A stretch of DNA of 53,768 nt from Cyanobacteria bacterium UBA3803 (GTDB taxonomy: Bacteria > Cyanobacteriota > Vampirovibrionia > Gastranaerophilales > Gastranaerophilaceae): positions 1-53,768 of the forward strand of contig DFEL01000028.1 in assembly GCA_002369055.1 (NCBI GenBank), in the 5' to 3' direction. The position numbers and the translations under genes were made by a program. How positions within the stretch are numbered: the stretch's first letter is position 1; each line of letters opens with the position of its first letter. Below, piece by piece: positions 19,874-30,104 of the stretch. Under the pieces are notes generated by a model. It was given only the letters and a program-made list of their open reading frames with translations, did not search any database and was not told the origin of the DNA.

Positions 19874-21109
19874 ATGTCTATTGATGACGCTTTAGTTATG
19901 ATTTTAGCAGGCGGAGAAGGTAAAAGATTACATCCGCTTACAAAAGACCGTGCAAAACCGGCCGTTCCATTTGGTGGAAGGTACAGAATTATTGATTTCG
20001 TTTTGAACAATTTTATTAATTCAGGTTTTTACAAAATAAAGGTTTTAACACAATATAAATCTGACTCATTAAATCAACACATATCAAGAGGTTACGCTTT
20101 GTCACCATTCTTAGACCAATATGTTGATTTGGTTCCTGCTCAAATGAGAACAGGTGGCGATTGGTATAGAGGAACAGCAGACGCAGTTTTCCAAAACGTT
20201 TTACATATTGTTGATGCCGATCCTACTTATGTATGCGTATTTGGCGGTGACCACGTTTACAAAATGGATGTGTCACAAATGCTTGATTATCATAAACAAA
20301 AGAAAGCTGATTTAACTATTGCGGCTATACCTATTCCAATAGAAGAAGCTTCTGAATTTGGTATTATGGAAGTCGATGAAAACTGGAAATTGACAAACTT
20401 TGTTGAAAAACCAAAAACAAAACCAAAATCATTACCGGGAAATCCGAATATGTGTCTTGCATCTATGGGTAATTACATTTTTGGAAAAGATGTTTTGATG
20501 GATGCTTTATATCGTGATAGTAAGATTGAAGATTCAAGCCACGACTTCGGTAAAAATGTTATTCCTATGCTATTAAATGAAGGTAAGCCTGTTTATGTAT
20601 ATAACTTCAAAGAAAATACATTCCCGGGAGTTACTGATGCAGAAAGAGGTTACTGGAAGGATGTAGGAAATGTTGATGCTTATTGGCAAGCAAATATGGA
20701 CTTGTTGGATTCTTGTCCTGAATTAAACTTATATGCAAAAGAATGGCCTTTAAGAACATTTAATTACAACTATCCGCCTGCTAAATTTATTTGGCAAGAA
20801 GGTGATCGTGTTGGTATGGCAACAAATTCAATGGTATCAGAAGGCTGTATCATTTCAGGTGGCGGATTATCAAGATGTGTTCTTTCACCAAAAGTAAGAA
20901 TTAACTCTTATTCTTCTGTTACAGAAAGTATCTTGATGGAAAATGTTAATATTGGTCGTCACTGTGAAATAAGACGTGCTATTATTGATAAAAATGTTCA
21001 AGTACCGCCATACACAAAAATCGGATTTGATAGAGAAATTGATTTACAAAAAGGTTTCTACATTTCACCTAACGGTATCACCGTTGTACCAAAAGGTGCT
21101 ATCCTTTAA
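19874..21109 (+). CDS. glgC: Glucose-1-phosphate adenylyltransferase
   Basis: 411 aa. ILAGGEGKRL.PLT..RAKPAVPFGG.YR.IDF.L.N motif and a C-terminal left-handed beta-helix. SD GTGAGGT lies upstream. Confidence 0.92.
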   Translation: MSIDDALVMILAGGEGKRLHPLTKDRAKPAVPFGGRYRIIDFVLNNFINSGFYKIKVLTQYKSDSLNQHISRGYALSPFLDQYVDLVPAQMRTGGDWYRGTADAVFQNVLHIVDADPTYVCVFGGDHVYKMDVSQMLDYHKQKKADLTIAAIPIPIEEASEFGIMEVDENWKLTNFVEKPKTKPKSLPGNPNMCLASMGNYIFGKDVLMDALYRDSKIEDSSHDFGKNVIPMLLNEGKPVYVYNFKENTFPGVTDAERGYWKDVGNVDAYWQANMDLLDSCPELNLYAKEWPLRTFNYNYPPAKFIWQEGDRVGMATNSMVSEGCIISGGGLSRCVLSPKVRINSYSSVTESILMENVNIGRHCEIRRAIIDKNVQVPPYTKIGFDREIDLQKGFYISPNGITVVPKGAIL

Positions 21110-21136
21110 CATTTTAAAATATATTGTATAAAAAAA

Positions 21137-21170
21137 AGCTCCTTTGTGATAGAATTCGCACAAAGGAGCT
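21137..21170 (+). promoter_or_regulatory. 12-bp-stem hairpin after glgC that contains the SD of the next gene
   Basis: AGCTCCTTTGTG (21137-48) pairs with CACAAAGGAGCT (21159-70). The right arm carries AAGGAG about 8 nt before ATG 21177. Only three Ts follow on the plus strand. Confidence 0.5.
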
Positions 21171-21176
21171 TTTAGT

Positions 21177-21722
21177 ATGAAAACGAAAACAAAAATAATT
21201 ATAGCAACTGTTGTAGTATTTGTCATTGTTTTACTTGTTGCACTTTCATTATATTTATTAAAAAGAAGTGATGAGCTGGCAATGAAGGAAACTTATTTTA
21301 ATCAAAACAAAATTTTGACAACAATAGCAGAGTTGGAAGCACTTGACACAAATAAGCCTGTTGTAGTTCTGTTCCATGCACCTGATTGTCCTGGATGTTT
21401 AGCGTTTAAACCCGCGTTTGAACAATTGGCTAAAGATTGTGCAAAAGATTTTAATTTTGTAAAATTAAATATTAGAGAACCTCAAAATATGCCTCTTATG
21501 GCAGGCAATGTCGGAAGTATTCCAACAATTACCATTTTCGATACTGACATTGGTAACAAAGTTCATATTTCCTTAGGTGCAATAAGAACATACAATGAAT
21601 TAAAAATGGAATTAGACAGATATAAAAATATTCGTTCTTTTATAGATATAAAAAGGGCAAAAGAAGCACATCAACAAAAAATTGAAGCATATCAAAAAGC
21701 TCTAAAACAAGCACAACGATAA
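21177..21722 (+). CDS. Membrane-anchored thioredoxin-like protein (CPGC active site)
   Basis: 181 aa with an N-terminal TM helix and ..VVVLFHAPDCPGCLAFKP.FE.LA.. in a thioredoxin fold. Confidence 0.7.
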   Translation: MKTKTKIIIATVVVFVIVLLVALSLYLLKRSDELAMKETYFNQNKILTTIAELEALDTNKPVVVLFHAPDCPGCLAFKPAFEQLAKDCAKDFNFVKLNIREPQNMPLMAGNVGSIPTITIFDTDIGNKVHISLGAIRTYNELKMELDRYKNIRSFIDIKRAKEAHQQKIEAYQKALKQAQR

Positions 21723-21760
21723 ATTAATTTTATTTTGCTTTACAGCAGACTACATATAAT

Positions 21761-21799
21761 AAAAAAACAAGGTTTGTTATAATAACAAACCTTGTTTCT
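21761..21799. terminator. Bidirectional terminator between the thioredoxin-like gene and groEL
   Basis: AAAAAAACAAGGTTTGTTAT a ATAACAAACCTTGTTT. Confidence 0.75.
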
Positions 21800-21832
21800 C
21801 ATTGTAATATAAACTTTATTATTTTTATTATA

Positions 21833-23494
<1,662 letters not shown>

Positions 23495-23561
23495 TTATAA
23501 ATAATAATAATGTAATAACTTTTGTTTAAATTGTAAACAGTAAACTGTTAAATTTATTTTC

Positions 23562-23852
23562 TTATGCTTCAAGCACACCTAAAACATCTGATGTTGATAA
23601 GATTTTTAATAATTCACCGTCAATTTTAATATCTCTGCCTGCATATTTTTCATATATAACAGTTTCACCAACTTTAACACTTACAGGTGCTTTTTCACCG
23701 CTATCTAAAGTTTTACCTTCACCTACGGCTACAACTTCACCCTTTTGAGGTTTTTCTTTTGCACTATCAGGAATAAAAATTCCGCCTTCTGTTTGTGCTG
23801 TGTCTTCAATAACTTTAATAACAATTCTGTCACCTATTGGTCTGATTTTCAT
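23562..23852 (-). CDS. groS: Co-chaperonin GroES
   Basis: 96 aa. MKIRPIGDR..IK.......T.GGI..P..AKEKP..G.VVAVG. Confidence 0.95.
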   Translation of the reverse strand: MKIRPIGDRIVIKVIEDTAQTEGGIFIPDSAKEKPQKGEVVAVGEGKTLDSGEKAPVSVKVGETVIYEKYAGRDIKIDGELLKILSTSDVLGVLEA

Positions 23853-24048
23853 TTTTACCTCCTATTTCCTTCATTTTTATATTTGTCTTTGTATCATATT
23901 TATACTCCAAAATCAATTAAAAATGCGAATTATTAATGAAAAATTAATATTTTAAACGAATAATTAAGAAAAAATAAATATACCTTGTTAATATAAATTG
24001 ATAACGTATAATTAAAATGATGTTATAATATAAATAGGCAGGTAAATT

Positions 24049-24636
24049 ATGTCAAAGAAAAAAGACAAGGAAGAATTACAAGAAAGTTCAAATCCGTTTA
24101 ACAAAGAAATGGATTTAGATGAGGTTGAAAACCATCAAGAAGAACAAGAACAAGAAGATGCTAAAGAAACAAACGACTCCGCAAATGATAATGACGGTTA
24201 CAAAGAAAAATACGATCAATTAAATAACCAGTACGTAAGACTTGCGGCAGATTTTGACAATTTCAGAAAGCGTCAGGCACAAGAACGGGAAAACTTATTA
24301 AAATATGGTGCTGAAGAAACCTTAAAAAAACTTATTGAAGTTATAGATAATTTTGACAGAGCACAAAAAGCAATTGAAAATATCGAGGATTGCGGACAAG
24401 TAAAAGACAGTTTTAATTTGGTATGCAATCAAATGAAAGAAACATTGAAAAAAATAGGATTGGAACCAATAGAAACAGAAGGCAAAGAATTTGACCCTAA
24501 TGTTCATGAAGCGGTAATGCAAACTCCAACAAGTGAATATGAAGAAGGTATGATTATTGCAGAACTTCAAAAAGGTTACAAAATAGGTGATAAAGTTTTA
24601 AGAGCTTCACTTGTAAATGTAGCAACTGCTGAATAA
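24049..24636 (+). CDS. grpE: Nucleotide exchange factor GrpE
   Basis: 195 aa with an acidic N-terminus, then ..Y.RL.ADF.NFRKR.. and ..FDPN.HEA.... Confidence 0.9.
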   Translation: MSKKKDKEELQESSNPFNKEMDLDEVENHQEEQEQEDAKETNDSANDNDGYKEKYDQLNNQYVRLAADFDNFRKRQAQERENLLKYGAEETLKKLIEVIDNFDRAQKAIENIEDCGQVKDSFNLVCNQMKETLKKIGLEPIETEGKEFDPNVHEAVMQTPTSEYEEGMIIAELQKGYKIGDKVLRASLVNVATAE

Positions 24637-24658
24637 AATTATAAAGGAATAGCTGAAA

Positions 24659-25783
24659 ATGGCAGATTATTATGAAACCTTAGGGGTAGAAAAAAACGCA
24701 ACAAAAGATGAAATAAAGAGTGCATTTAGAAAAATGGCACGTAAATATCATCCTGACGTAAATAAAGAACCTGATGCTGAGGAAAAATTCAAAGAAATTG
24801 GTAAAGCATACGAAACTCTAATGGATGATGACAAACGTGCAACTTATGACCGTTTTGGTGAAGACGGACTTAAGAATGCCGGCTTTGATACTCAAGGTCC
24901 TTTTGCAGGTGGTTTTGGCGATTTAAGCGAAATTTTTTCATCATTTTTTGGTGGAGATTTCGGATTTGGCTCTCCAAGACAAAGTGATCCTAATGCCCCA
25001 AGACAAGGTGATGATTTACGTTTAGATGTTGAAATAGAATTTGAGGAAGCTGTTTTTGGATGTAAAAAAGACGTAAAAATAGACCATTTGGAAGAATGTG
25101 AAGAATGTCACGGTACTGGTGCCGAACCGGGAACACAACCTATAACTTGTCCTACTTGCGGTGGAAGTGGTAAAGTTCAGCACGTTACTCAAACTGTTTT
25201 AGGACAATTTGCTCAAATTTCATCTTGTCCTGATTGCAGGGGAACAGGAAGAAAAATTGGTTCTCCATGTCATCATTGTAACGGACAAGGACGAGTTGAA
25301 AAAGAAAAGAAACTTGAAATAAAAATTCCTGCCGGAGTTGATAATATGTCAAGAATGCGTCTTTCAAATGAAGGAGATTGTGGCATAAACGGAGGACCTG
25401 CCGGTGATTTATATGTGGTATTACATGTTAAACCTTCGGAATACTATAACAGAGATGGTTTGAACATTATTACTACTCTTGATATTACACCTGCTCAAGC
25501 AGTTTTGGGTGATACAGTCGAAATACAAACTCTTGACGGCATGAAAAAATTACAAATACATGCAGGTATTCAAAGCGGTAATATGCTTAAAATAAAAGGG
25601 GTAGGTGTTCCGCACATTCAAAAACCTTCGCACAGAGGCGACCATATAATAGTTGTAACGGTAAAGACTCCTGAAAAAATTTCAGCAGAAGAACGTGAAT
25701 TATATAAACGATTATTTGAAATAAATACAGGCAAAAAACCTCAAGAAACATTGACCGAAAAAGTAAAAGGGGCTTTTAAATAA
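24659..25783 (+). CDS. dnaJ: Molecular chaperone DnaJ
   Basis: 374 aa. J domain (DYYE.LGV...A...EIK.A.RK.A.KYHPD), a G/F region and four CxxCxGxG zinc-finger repeats. Confidence 0.95.
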   Translation: MADYYETLGVEKNATKDEIKSAFRKMARKYHPDVNKEPDAEEKFKEIGKAYETLMDDDKRATYDRFGEDGLKNAGFDTQGPFAGGFGDLSEIFSSFFGGDFGFGSPRQSDPNAPRQGDDLRLDVEIEFEEAVFGCKKDVKIDHLEECEECHGTGAEPGTQPITCPTCGGSGKVQHVTQTVLGQFAQISSCPDCRGTGRKIGSPCHHCNGQGRVEKEKKLEIKIPAGVDNMSRMRLSNEGDCGINGGPAGDLYVVLHVKPSEYYNRDGLNIITTLDITPAQAVLGDTVEIQTLDGMKKLQIHAGIQSGNMLKIKGVGVPHIQKPSHRGDHIIVVTVKTPEKISAEERELYKRLFEINTGKKPQETLTEKVKGAFK

Positions 25784-27222
25784 TGAAAAAAGTACTAATA
25801 ATTGTCTGTATCTTTGTTTTAAACATATTATCGGTGTCAGCAGCGACATTGCCTGAAAATGTTGTTAATTATATAAAACAAGAGTTTCCAAGTGCAGAAA
25901 TCAGATTTGACGGATTGATTACGGTCAATAATACTCTATACCTGCCCTTATTTCCGGCAAAATGCAACAATATTGAAATATTAGAGATAAAAAAAACAGC
26001 ACCCGATAATAAAAAATTAAAAGATTTACCGGATATTGTTGTGTTTAATAATGATTTTGTGTTATTAAGAGTTATTGAGCAGGATAACGGTAAAAGAACC
26101 GTATTATATCAAAATACTCCATTTTTAGAAGTCAAAACCGGATTATTACCTCAAGATATGCTTGTACCAAAAGGCTTAATTATTCCTGCAAACATTAAAA
26201 CAATTATCGGAGGTTTAAGAATTGCAACAGAAGAAGAAAAAGGTTTAAAAATTCACTCGGATTTAGTGGAAGAAAAACCTATAAATGTTACCGTAAAAAA
26301 TGATATAGTTTCTACGGTTAATCAACTAAAAAATAAAGTTTTTTATATTATTACTTGCAAGTCTAAAAATATTCACGTTATGCCTTCGGACAAATCAAAA
26401 CCTGAATATGCATTATCAATGCCTTCCGTGCCGATAGATTTAAAAAGTTATAAAAATTTCTTACTGATAACAGCGTTTGGTTTAAATGAATTAAATGTAA
26501 TTTCTATTGCTGACGAGGCTGTTATTAAAACATTTGAATTTAATACTCAGCCGGAAGAAATTGTAATTGATAAAATTCATGATTTAGCGTATGTTACAAC
26601 TCCTGACGCTTCGGCAATTTATGTGATTGATTTAAAAACAATGACGTTAAAACAAAAGCTAAATGTAAATGGCAGATGTTCAAAATTATATTTAACAAAT
26701 GATGCGGAAATGTTGATTTATGTTGATAAAAACACAAATGATGTTTGGGTTGTAGAACTTTTTGATGAATATCTTATCAAAGAAGTCGGCATTTTCCCTA
26801 ACGTTTCATCAATAGCCTACTCAGAAAATAAAATTTATCTTGCAAGCAGAACTAAGAATAAAATAGCAATTGTTGATTACGTTACATTAACGGAAATAGG
26901 TGAAATAGAAGTATCGGAAAAACCTGCGGATATGCTTTTATATTATGCAAACCTATATATTTTAGGTGCAAATAACAGTGTTTTACAAGTTCTAAACACC
27001 CAAACAGATAAAATAACAACAACGATAAACTTGAATACAGGAGTATTTGCAACAAGTATATATAAATTGGATAATACAAATATAGCAGTAATAACGGGAG
27101 CAAGAGCAGGCAAATATTCCGTATTAAATTTGGATAAAAAACAAGTAATAAAAACACTTCCTATTGATATTCCCGTTAGCAAGATTGTAATTTTAAATAA
27201 GGTTAAAAAGATAAGTAAATGA
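25783..27222 (+). CDS. Secreted beta-propeller-repeat protein (YVTN/YncE-like), function unknown
   Basis: 479 aa. Signal peptide MKKVLIIVCIFVLNILSVSAA. Repeated ..AYVT....S.IYVIDL.T......I.. strands. The start overlaps the dnaJ stop (TAATG). Confidence 0.6.
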   Translation: MKKVLIIVCIFVLNILSVSAATLPENVVNYIKQEFPSAEIRFDGLITVNNTLYLPLFPAKCNNIEILEIKKTAPDNKKLKDLPDIVVFNNDFVLLRVIEQDNGKRTVLYQNTPFLEVKTGLLPQDMLVPKGLIIPANIKTIIGGLRIATEEEKGLKIHSDLVEEKPINVTVKNDIVSTVNQLKNKVFYIITCKSKNIHVMPSDKSKPEYALSMPSVPIDLKSYKNFLLITAFGLNELNVISIADEAVIKTFEFNTQPEEIVIDKIHDLAYVTTPDASAIYVIDLKTMTLKQKLNVNGRCSKLYLTNDAEMLIYVDKNTNDVWVVELFDEYLIKEVGIFPNVSSIAYSENKIYLASRTKNKIAIVDYVTLTEIGEIEVSEKPADMLLYYANLYILGANNSVLQVLNTQTDKITTTINLNTGVFATSIYKLDNTNIAVITGARAGKYSVLNLDKKQVIKTLPIDIPVSKIVILNKVKKISK

Positions 27223-27776
27223 TGGATTCAACAACAGAATTAGTATTAAAAAGATTAGAAGAAACACAACACGATTTTTGGAACATATCAAGAGCAACAG
27301 GCAATTTTTTAAATATGCTCGTAAAAATTGCTAAAGCAAAAAATGTAGTAGAAGTTGGAACATCAAACGGTTATTCCGGAATTTGGCTTGCAAAAGCACT
27401 CAAAGAAACAGGTGGACACCTTACAACCATTGAATATTATGAAAAGAGAATTGTACTTGCTCAAGAAAATTTTAAAACTTGTGGAGTTGCAGATATTATT
27501 GATATTAAACAAGGTTCTGCTATTGAAACATTAGAAGAAATACCTGAAGATGAAGTTATTGATTTTGCGTTTATTGATGCAAATAAGGCTCAATATATAG
27601 ACTATTTTCATATTATTGATAAACACATGAAATCCGGAGCCATAATTACTGCCGATAATATTACTTCTCACGCAGAAAAAGTCAAAACATTTGTTGATGC
27701 AATTCAAGGCAACAAAAATTATCAGGTTGAAATTCTTGACCTTCCTGCCGGACTTCTTGTCGCAAGGAAAATTTAA
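27219..27776 (+). CDS. Class I SAM-dependent O-methyltransferase (family 3, caffeoyl-CoA OMT-like)
   Basis: 185 aa. ..VVEVGTS.GYS..WLA.AL...G.L.TIE... and ..FIDA.K..Y..Y. An ATGA overlap links it to the preceding gene. Confidence 0.8.
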   Translation: MMDSTTELVLKRLEETQHDFWNISRATGNFLNMLVKIAKAKNVVEVGTSNGYSGIWLAKALKETGGHLTTIEYYEKRIVLAQENFKTCGVADIIDIKQGSAIETLEEIPEDEVIDFAFIDANKAQYIDYFHIIDKHMKSGAIITADNITSHAEKVKTFVDAIQGNKNYQVEILDLPAGLLVARKI

Positions 27777-27804
27777 AAACACAATATTTAATCGAAACAA
27801 TGGG

Positions 27805-27832
27805 TTGAAATATATTTAAAACGAGTTATAAT
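27805..27832 (+). promoter_or_regulatory. Promoter of the candidate antisense small RNA
   Basis: TTGAAA (27805-10), 16-nt spacer, TATAAT (27827-32). Confidence 0.5.
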
Positions 27833-27838
27833 ATAAAC

Positions 27839-27937
27839 AGAACAAGTGGCAATCAGCATAAGCTGAAATTTTACATCACTTTTCGTTTTAGTTTATAAAA
27901 CTAGCACTAGGACGGCAATCGCAAGTGCTAGTTTTTG
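27839..27937 (+). ncRNA. Candidate ~100-nt small RNA (putative type I antitoxin)
   Basis: Runs from the promoter above to the hairpin CTAGCACT-N15-AGTGCTAG plus T5 (27901-27936). It has no ATG. Its 3' ~45 nt are antisense to the 3' end of the peptide ORF on the other strand. It carries ACAUCAC (27873-79), complementary to that ORF's SD region. Confidence 0.4.
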
Positions 27938-27994
27938 CATTTTAAATAATATTGAAATTATAAAAAATAAAATTAGCAATATTGATTTCGCCAT
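27893..27994 (-). CDS. Candidate type I toxin: 33-aa hydrophobic peptide MAKSILLILFFIISILFKMQKLALAIAVLVLVL
   Basis: Absent from the ORF track because it is under 60 aa. SD GAGGTG lies 6 nt before ATG 27994. A possible promoter is TTGACA (28084-79), 15 nt, TATAGA. There are two hydrophobic segments, and the ORF runs through the shared terminator hairpin. Confidence 0.4.
   Translation of the reverse strand: MAKSILLILFFIISILFKMQKLALAIAVLVLVL
27901..27931. terminator. Bidirectional hairpin shared by the convergent peptide mRNA and small RNA
   Basis: 8-bp stem CTAGCACT/AGTGCTAG. T5 follows on the plus strand and TTTTAT on the minus strand. Confidence 0.55.
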
Positions 27995-28151
27995 AAGCAT
28001 CACCTCTTTCCTGACGTAAGAACCGTCAATCAATAAGGTTTAGTGATGTCCACTTGCTCTATATATAATTTTCATTTTTGTCAAATAATTATAAATCTAT
28101 CTTTTACTTATATCAATACATTGAACAGTTGAATGACAAAAAACACAATAT

Positions 28152-28436
28152 TTAATTTTTATCCCCAAAAAGTTTATCTGCGAAATATACAACTAATGCA
28201 GTGTATGGTACTAAAAGTGTTATACCTATTACAATGTTTTTTTCGCAAACCATTAAAACACCTGCGAAAGCTCCTATTATAAAAGCTATAAATAAAATCG
28301 GATAAATTATTCCTTTTTTACCGTATCTGTCTTTGCTTACCATACACCATACAAAAAGTGCCACCGCAAGAAACGCTATACCCAGTGCCAATTCTGTTTT
28401 ATCCATTATTTCAATAATAAAATCAGATTTATTCAT
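28152..28436 (-). CDS. Small membrane protein (3 predicted TM helices), paralog of the upstream gene
   Basis: 94 aa, hydrophobic, with a 1-nt gap to the preceding ORF. Confidence 0.6.
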   Translation of the reverse strand: MNKSDFIIEIMDKTELALGIAFLAVALFVWCMVSKDRYGKKGIIYPILFIAFIIGAFAGVLMVCEKNIVIGITLLVPYTALVVYFADKLFGDKN

Positions 28437-28437
28437 A

Positions 28438-28725
28438 CTACAAAATACCTTTTAAAAATGTTTTTATAACATAATAGAAAGTTATACAGACTAAAAATTC
28501 TGCTAATGCCTGCACTAAAAAACTTTGTCCCTGAGTTAAATCATAAACTAAAAATCCAAACGCTATAAGCCCTGCAAGCATTACAAGTGTTATGAAAAAA
28601 CCCTTTGCTCCAAATTTTTCAATACCGGATGCAAACAAAAACCATATAAAAATAACAAGAATTAATCCGTCCAAGATAAGTTCAATATTATCAAGAATGA
28701 CTCCAATTTGGTCAAACGTACCCAT
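28438..28725 (-). CDS. Small membrane protein (3 predicted TM helices)
   Basis: 95 aa with the same layout as 28152..28436 (..EL.L......W...... K/R-F/Y-G-x-K-G ...). Starts 2 nt after the der stop. Confidence 0.6.
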   Translation of the reverse strand: MGTFDQIGVILDNIELILDGLILVIFIWFLFASGIEKFGAKGFFITLVMLAGLIAFGFLVYDLTQGQSFLVQALAEFLVCITFYYVIKTFLKGIL

Positions 28726-28727
28726 TT

Positions 28728-30059
28728 CTACCTCTTTTTATCAGAGCGTTCACGAACTGAAATTCTAATCGGTGTTCCGAAGAAGCCGAAGGCTTCACGA
28801 AGTTTATTTTCAATATATCTTTTATAATGGTCTTTCATTAAATCGGCATTGTTTGCAAAAAGCACAAACGTTGGTGGTTTTACATTAACTTGTGTTGAAT
28901 ATAAAAGTTTTAAGCGTTTATTTTTAACACTTTGAGGCGGATTCATTAAATAAGCGTCATTTACAACTTTATTTAACAAACCTGTTGAAATACGCTTTGT
29001 GCATTGCTCATAAACTTCCATTGATTTTTCATAAATCTGATTTAATCTTTGTTTGGTAACTGCACTTATGTAAATCTTTGGGGCATAACTCAAAAACGGA
29101 ATTTCATTTACAAGTTTTTTTTCAAATTGACTGGTTGTGTTTGCTTGTTTATTTTCAATTAAATCCCATTTATTAATAGCAATAATCAAACCTTTTCCTG
29201 CTTCAGTAATAATTGAAGATATCTTCTTATCTTGGTCTGAAATCCCTTCTGTTGCATCAATAACAAGTATTGCAATATCACATTCTTTTATTGAATTTAT
29301 GGCTCTATCTACGGCAAATTTTTCAACACCATAGTCAACTTTAGCTTTTTTTCTTATACCTGCGGTGTCAATAATTGTAAAATCTTGTTCTTTGTAAGTT
29401 AATTTACTGTCAATACTATCTCTTGTAGTTCCTGAAACATCAGAAACAATTACTCTTTCTTTACCTAAAAGAGCATTAACAATTGAAGACTTGCCCGCAT
29501 TTGGTCTGCCAACAATTGCAAGCTTTATATCAGTTTCTTCTTCAATTTCATCATCTGCTTCAAAATCTTCTGTTAAAATTTCCAATAAATCGCCTACACC
29601 ACCTGAACCGTGAAGTGCTGAAATACCAATAGGTTCGCCTAAGGCAAGCGAATAAAATTCACTTGTGTATAATGCTTGAGCAGGACTATCAACTTTGTTT
29701 ACCGCAAGAAAAACAGGCTTTTTACTTTGGCGTAAAATATTTGCAATATCTTCATCAACAGGTGTAACACCGTCTTTTCCGTCAACAATAAAAATTATTT
29801 TTTCTGCTTCTTCACAAGCAATTTTTGCTTGGTCATATATAGAAACCATAATTTCATCTTCATCACCCGGAACAATTCCGCCTGTATCAATTACCGTAAA
29901 CCATTTATTTTGCCATTCAACATCAAAATAAATTCTGTCACGTGTAACACCGGGCATATCATCAACAATTGATTGACGTTTACCTACAAGACGATTTACA
30001 AATGTAGATTTACCAACATTTGGACGTCCAACTATTGCAACTATCGGTTTTCTTTTCAT
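28728..30059 (-). CDS. der: Ribosome-associated GTPase Der (EngA)
   Basis: 443 aa. Two tandem GTPase domains (GRPNVGKST and GRPNAGKSS P-loops) plus a KH-like C-terminus. Confidence 0.93.
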   Translation of the reverse strand: MKRKPIVAIVGRPNVGKSTFVNRLVGKRQSIVDDMPGVTRDRIYFDVEWQNKWFTVIDTGGIVPGDEDEIMVSIYDQAKIACEEAEKIIFIVDGKDGVTPVDEDIANILRQSKKPVFLAVNKVDSPAQALYTSEFYSLALGEPIGISALHGSGGVGDLLEILTEDFEADDEIEEETDIKLAIVGRPNAGKSSIVNALLGKERVIVSDVSGTTRDSIDSKLTYKEQDFTIIDTAGIRKKAKVDYGVEKFAVDRAINSIKECDIAILVIDATEGISDQDKKISSIITEAGKGLIIAINKWDLIENKQANTTSQFEKKLVNEIPFLSYAPKIYISAVTKQRLNQIYEKSMEVYEQCTKRISTGLLNKVVNDAYLMNPPQSVKNKRLKLLYSTQVNVKPPTFVLFANNADLMKDHYKRYIENKLREAFGFFGTPIRISVRERSDKKR

Positions 30060-30104
30060 AAGTTAATTTTAACATGAATAAAATTAATTATAAAATAAAC
30101 ATTA

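Noticed and set aside
19798-20010. Track ORF antisense to the glgC start
   Set aside because: It overlaps the glgC RBS and N-terminus. There is no supporting signal.
23853-24048. Expected CIRCE/HrcA operator upstream of groES or grpE
   Set aside because: No TTAGCACTC-N9-GAGTGCTAA-like inverted repeat is visible. Only AT-rich mini-palindromes occur (ATTAAT), at a frequency expected by chance.
27979-28060. Possible SRP (4.5S) RNA, suggested by ..CGUCAGGAAAGAGGUGAUGC.. on the minus strand
   Set aside because: It lacks the conserved GGUCCGGAAGGAAGCAGC domain IV motif. The segment is better explained as the leader and SD of the small peptide gene.
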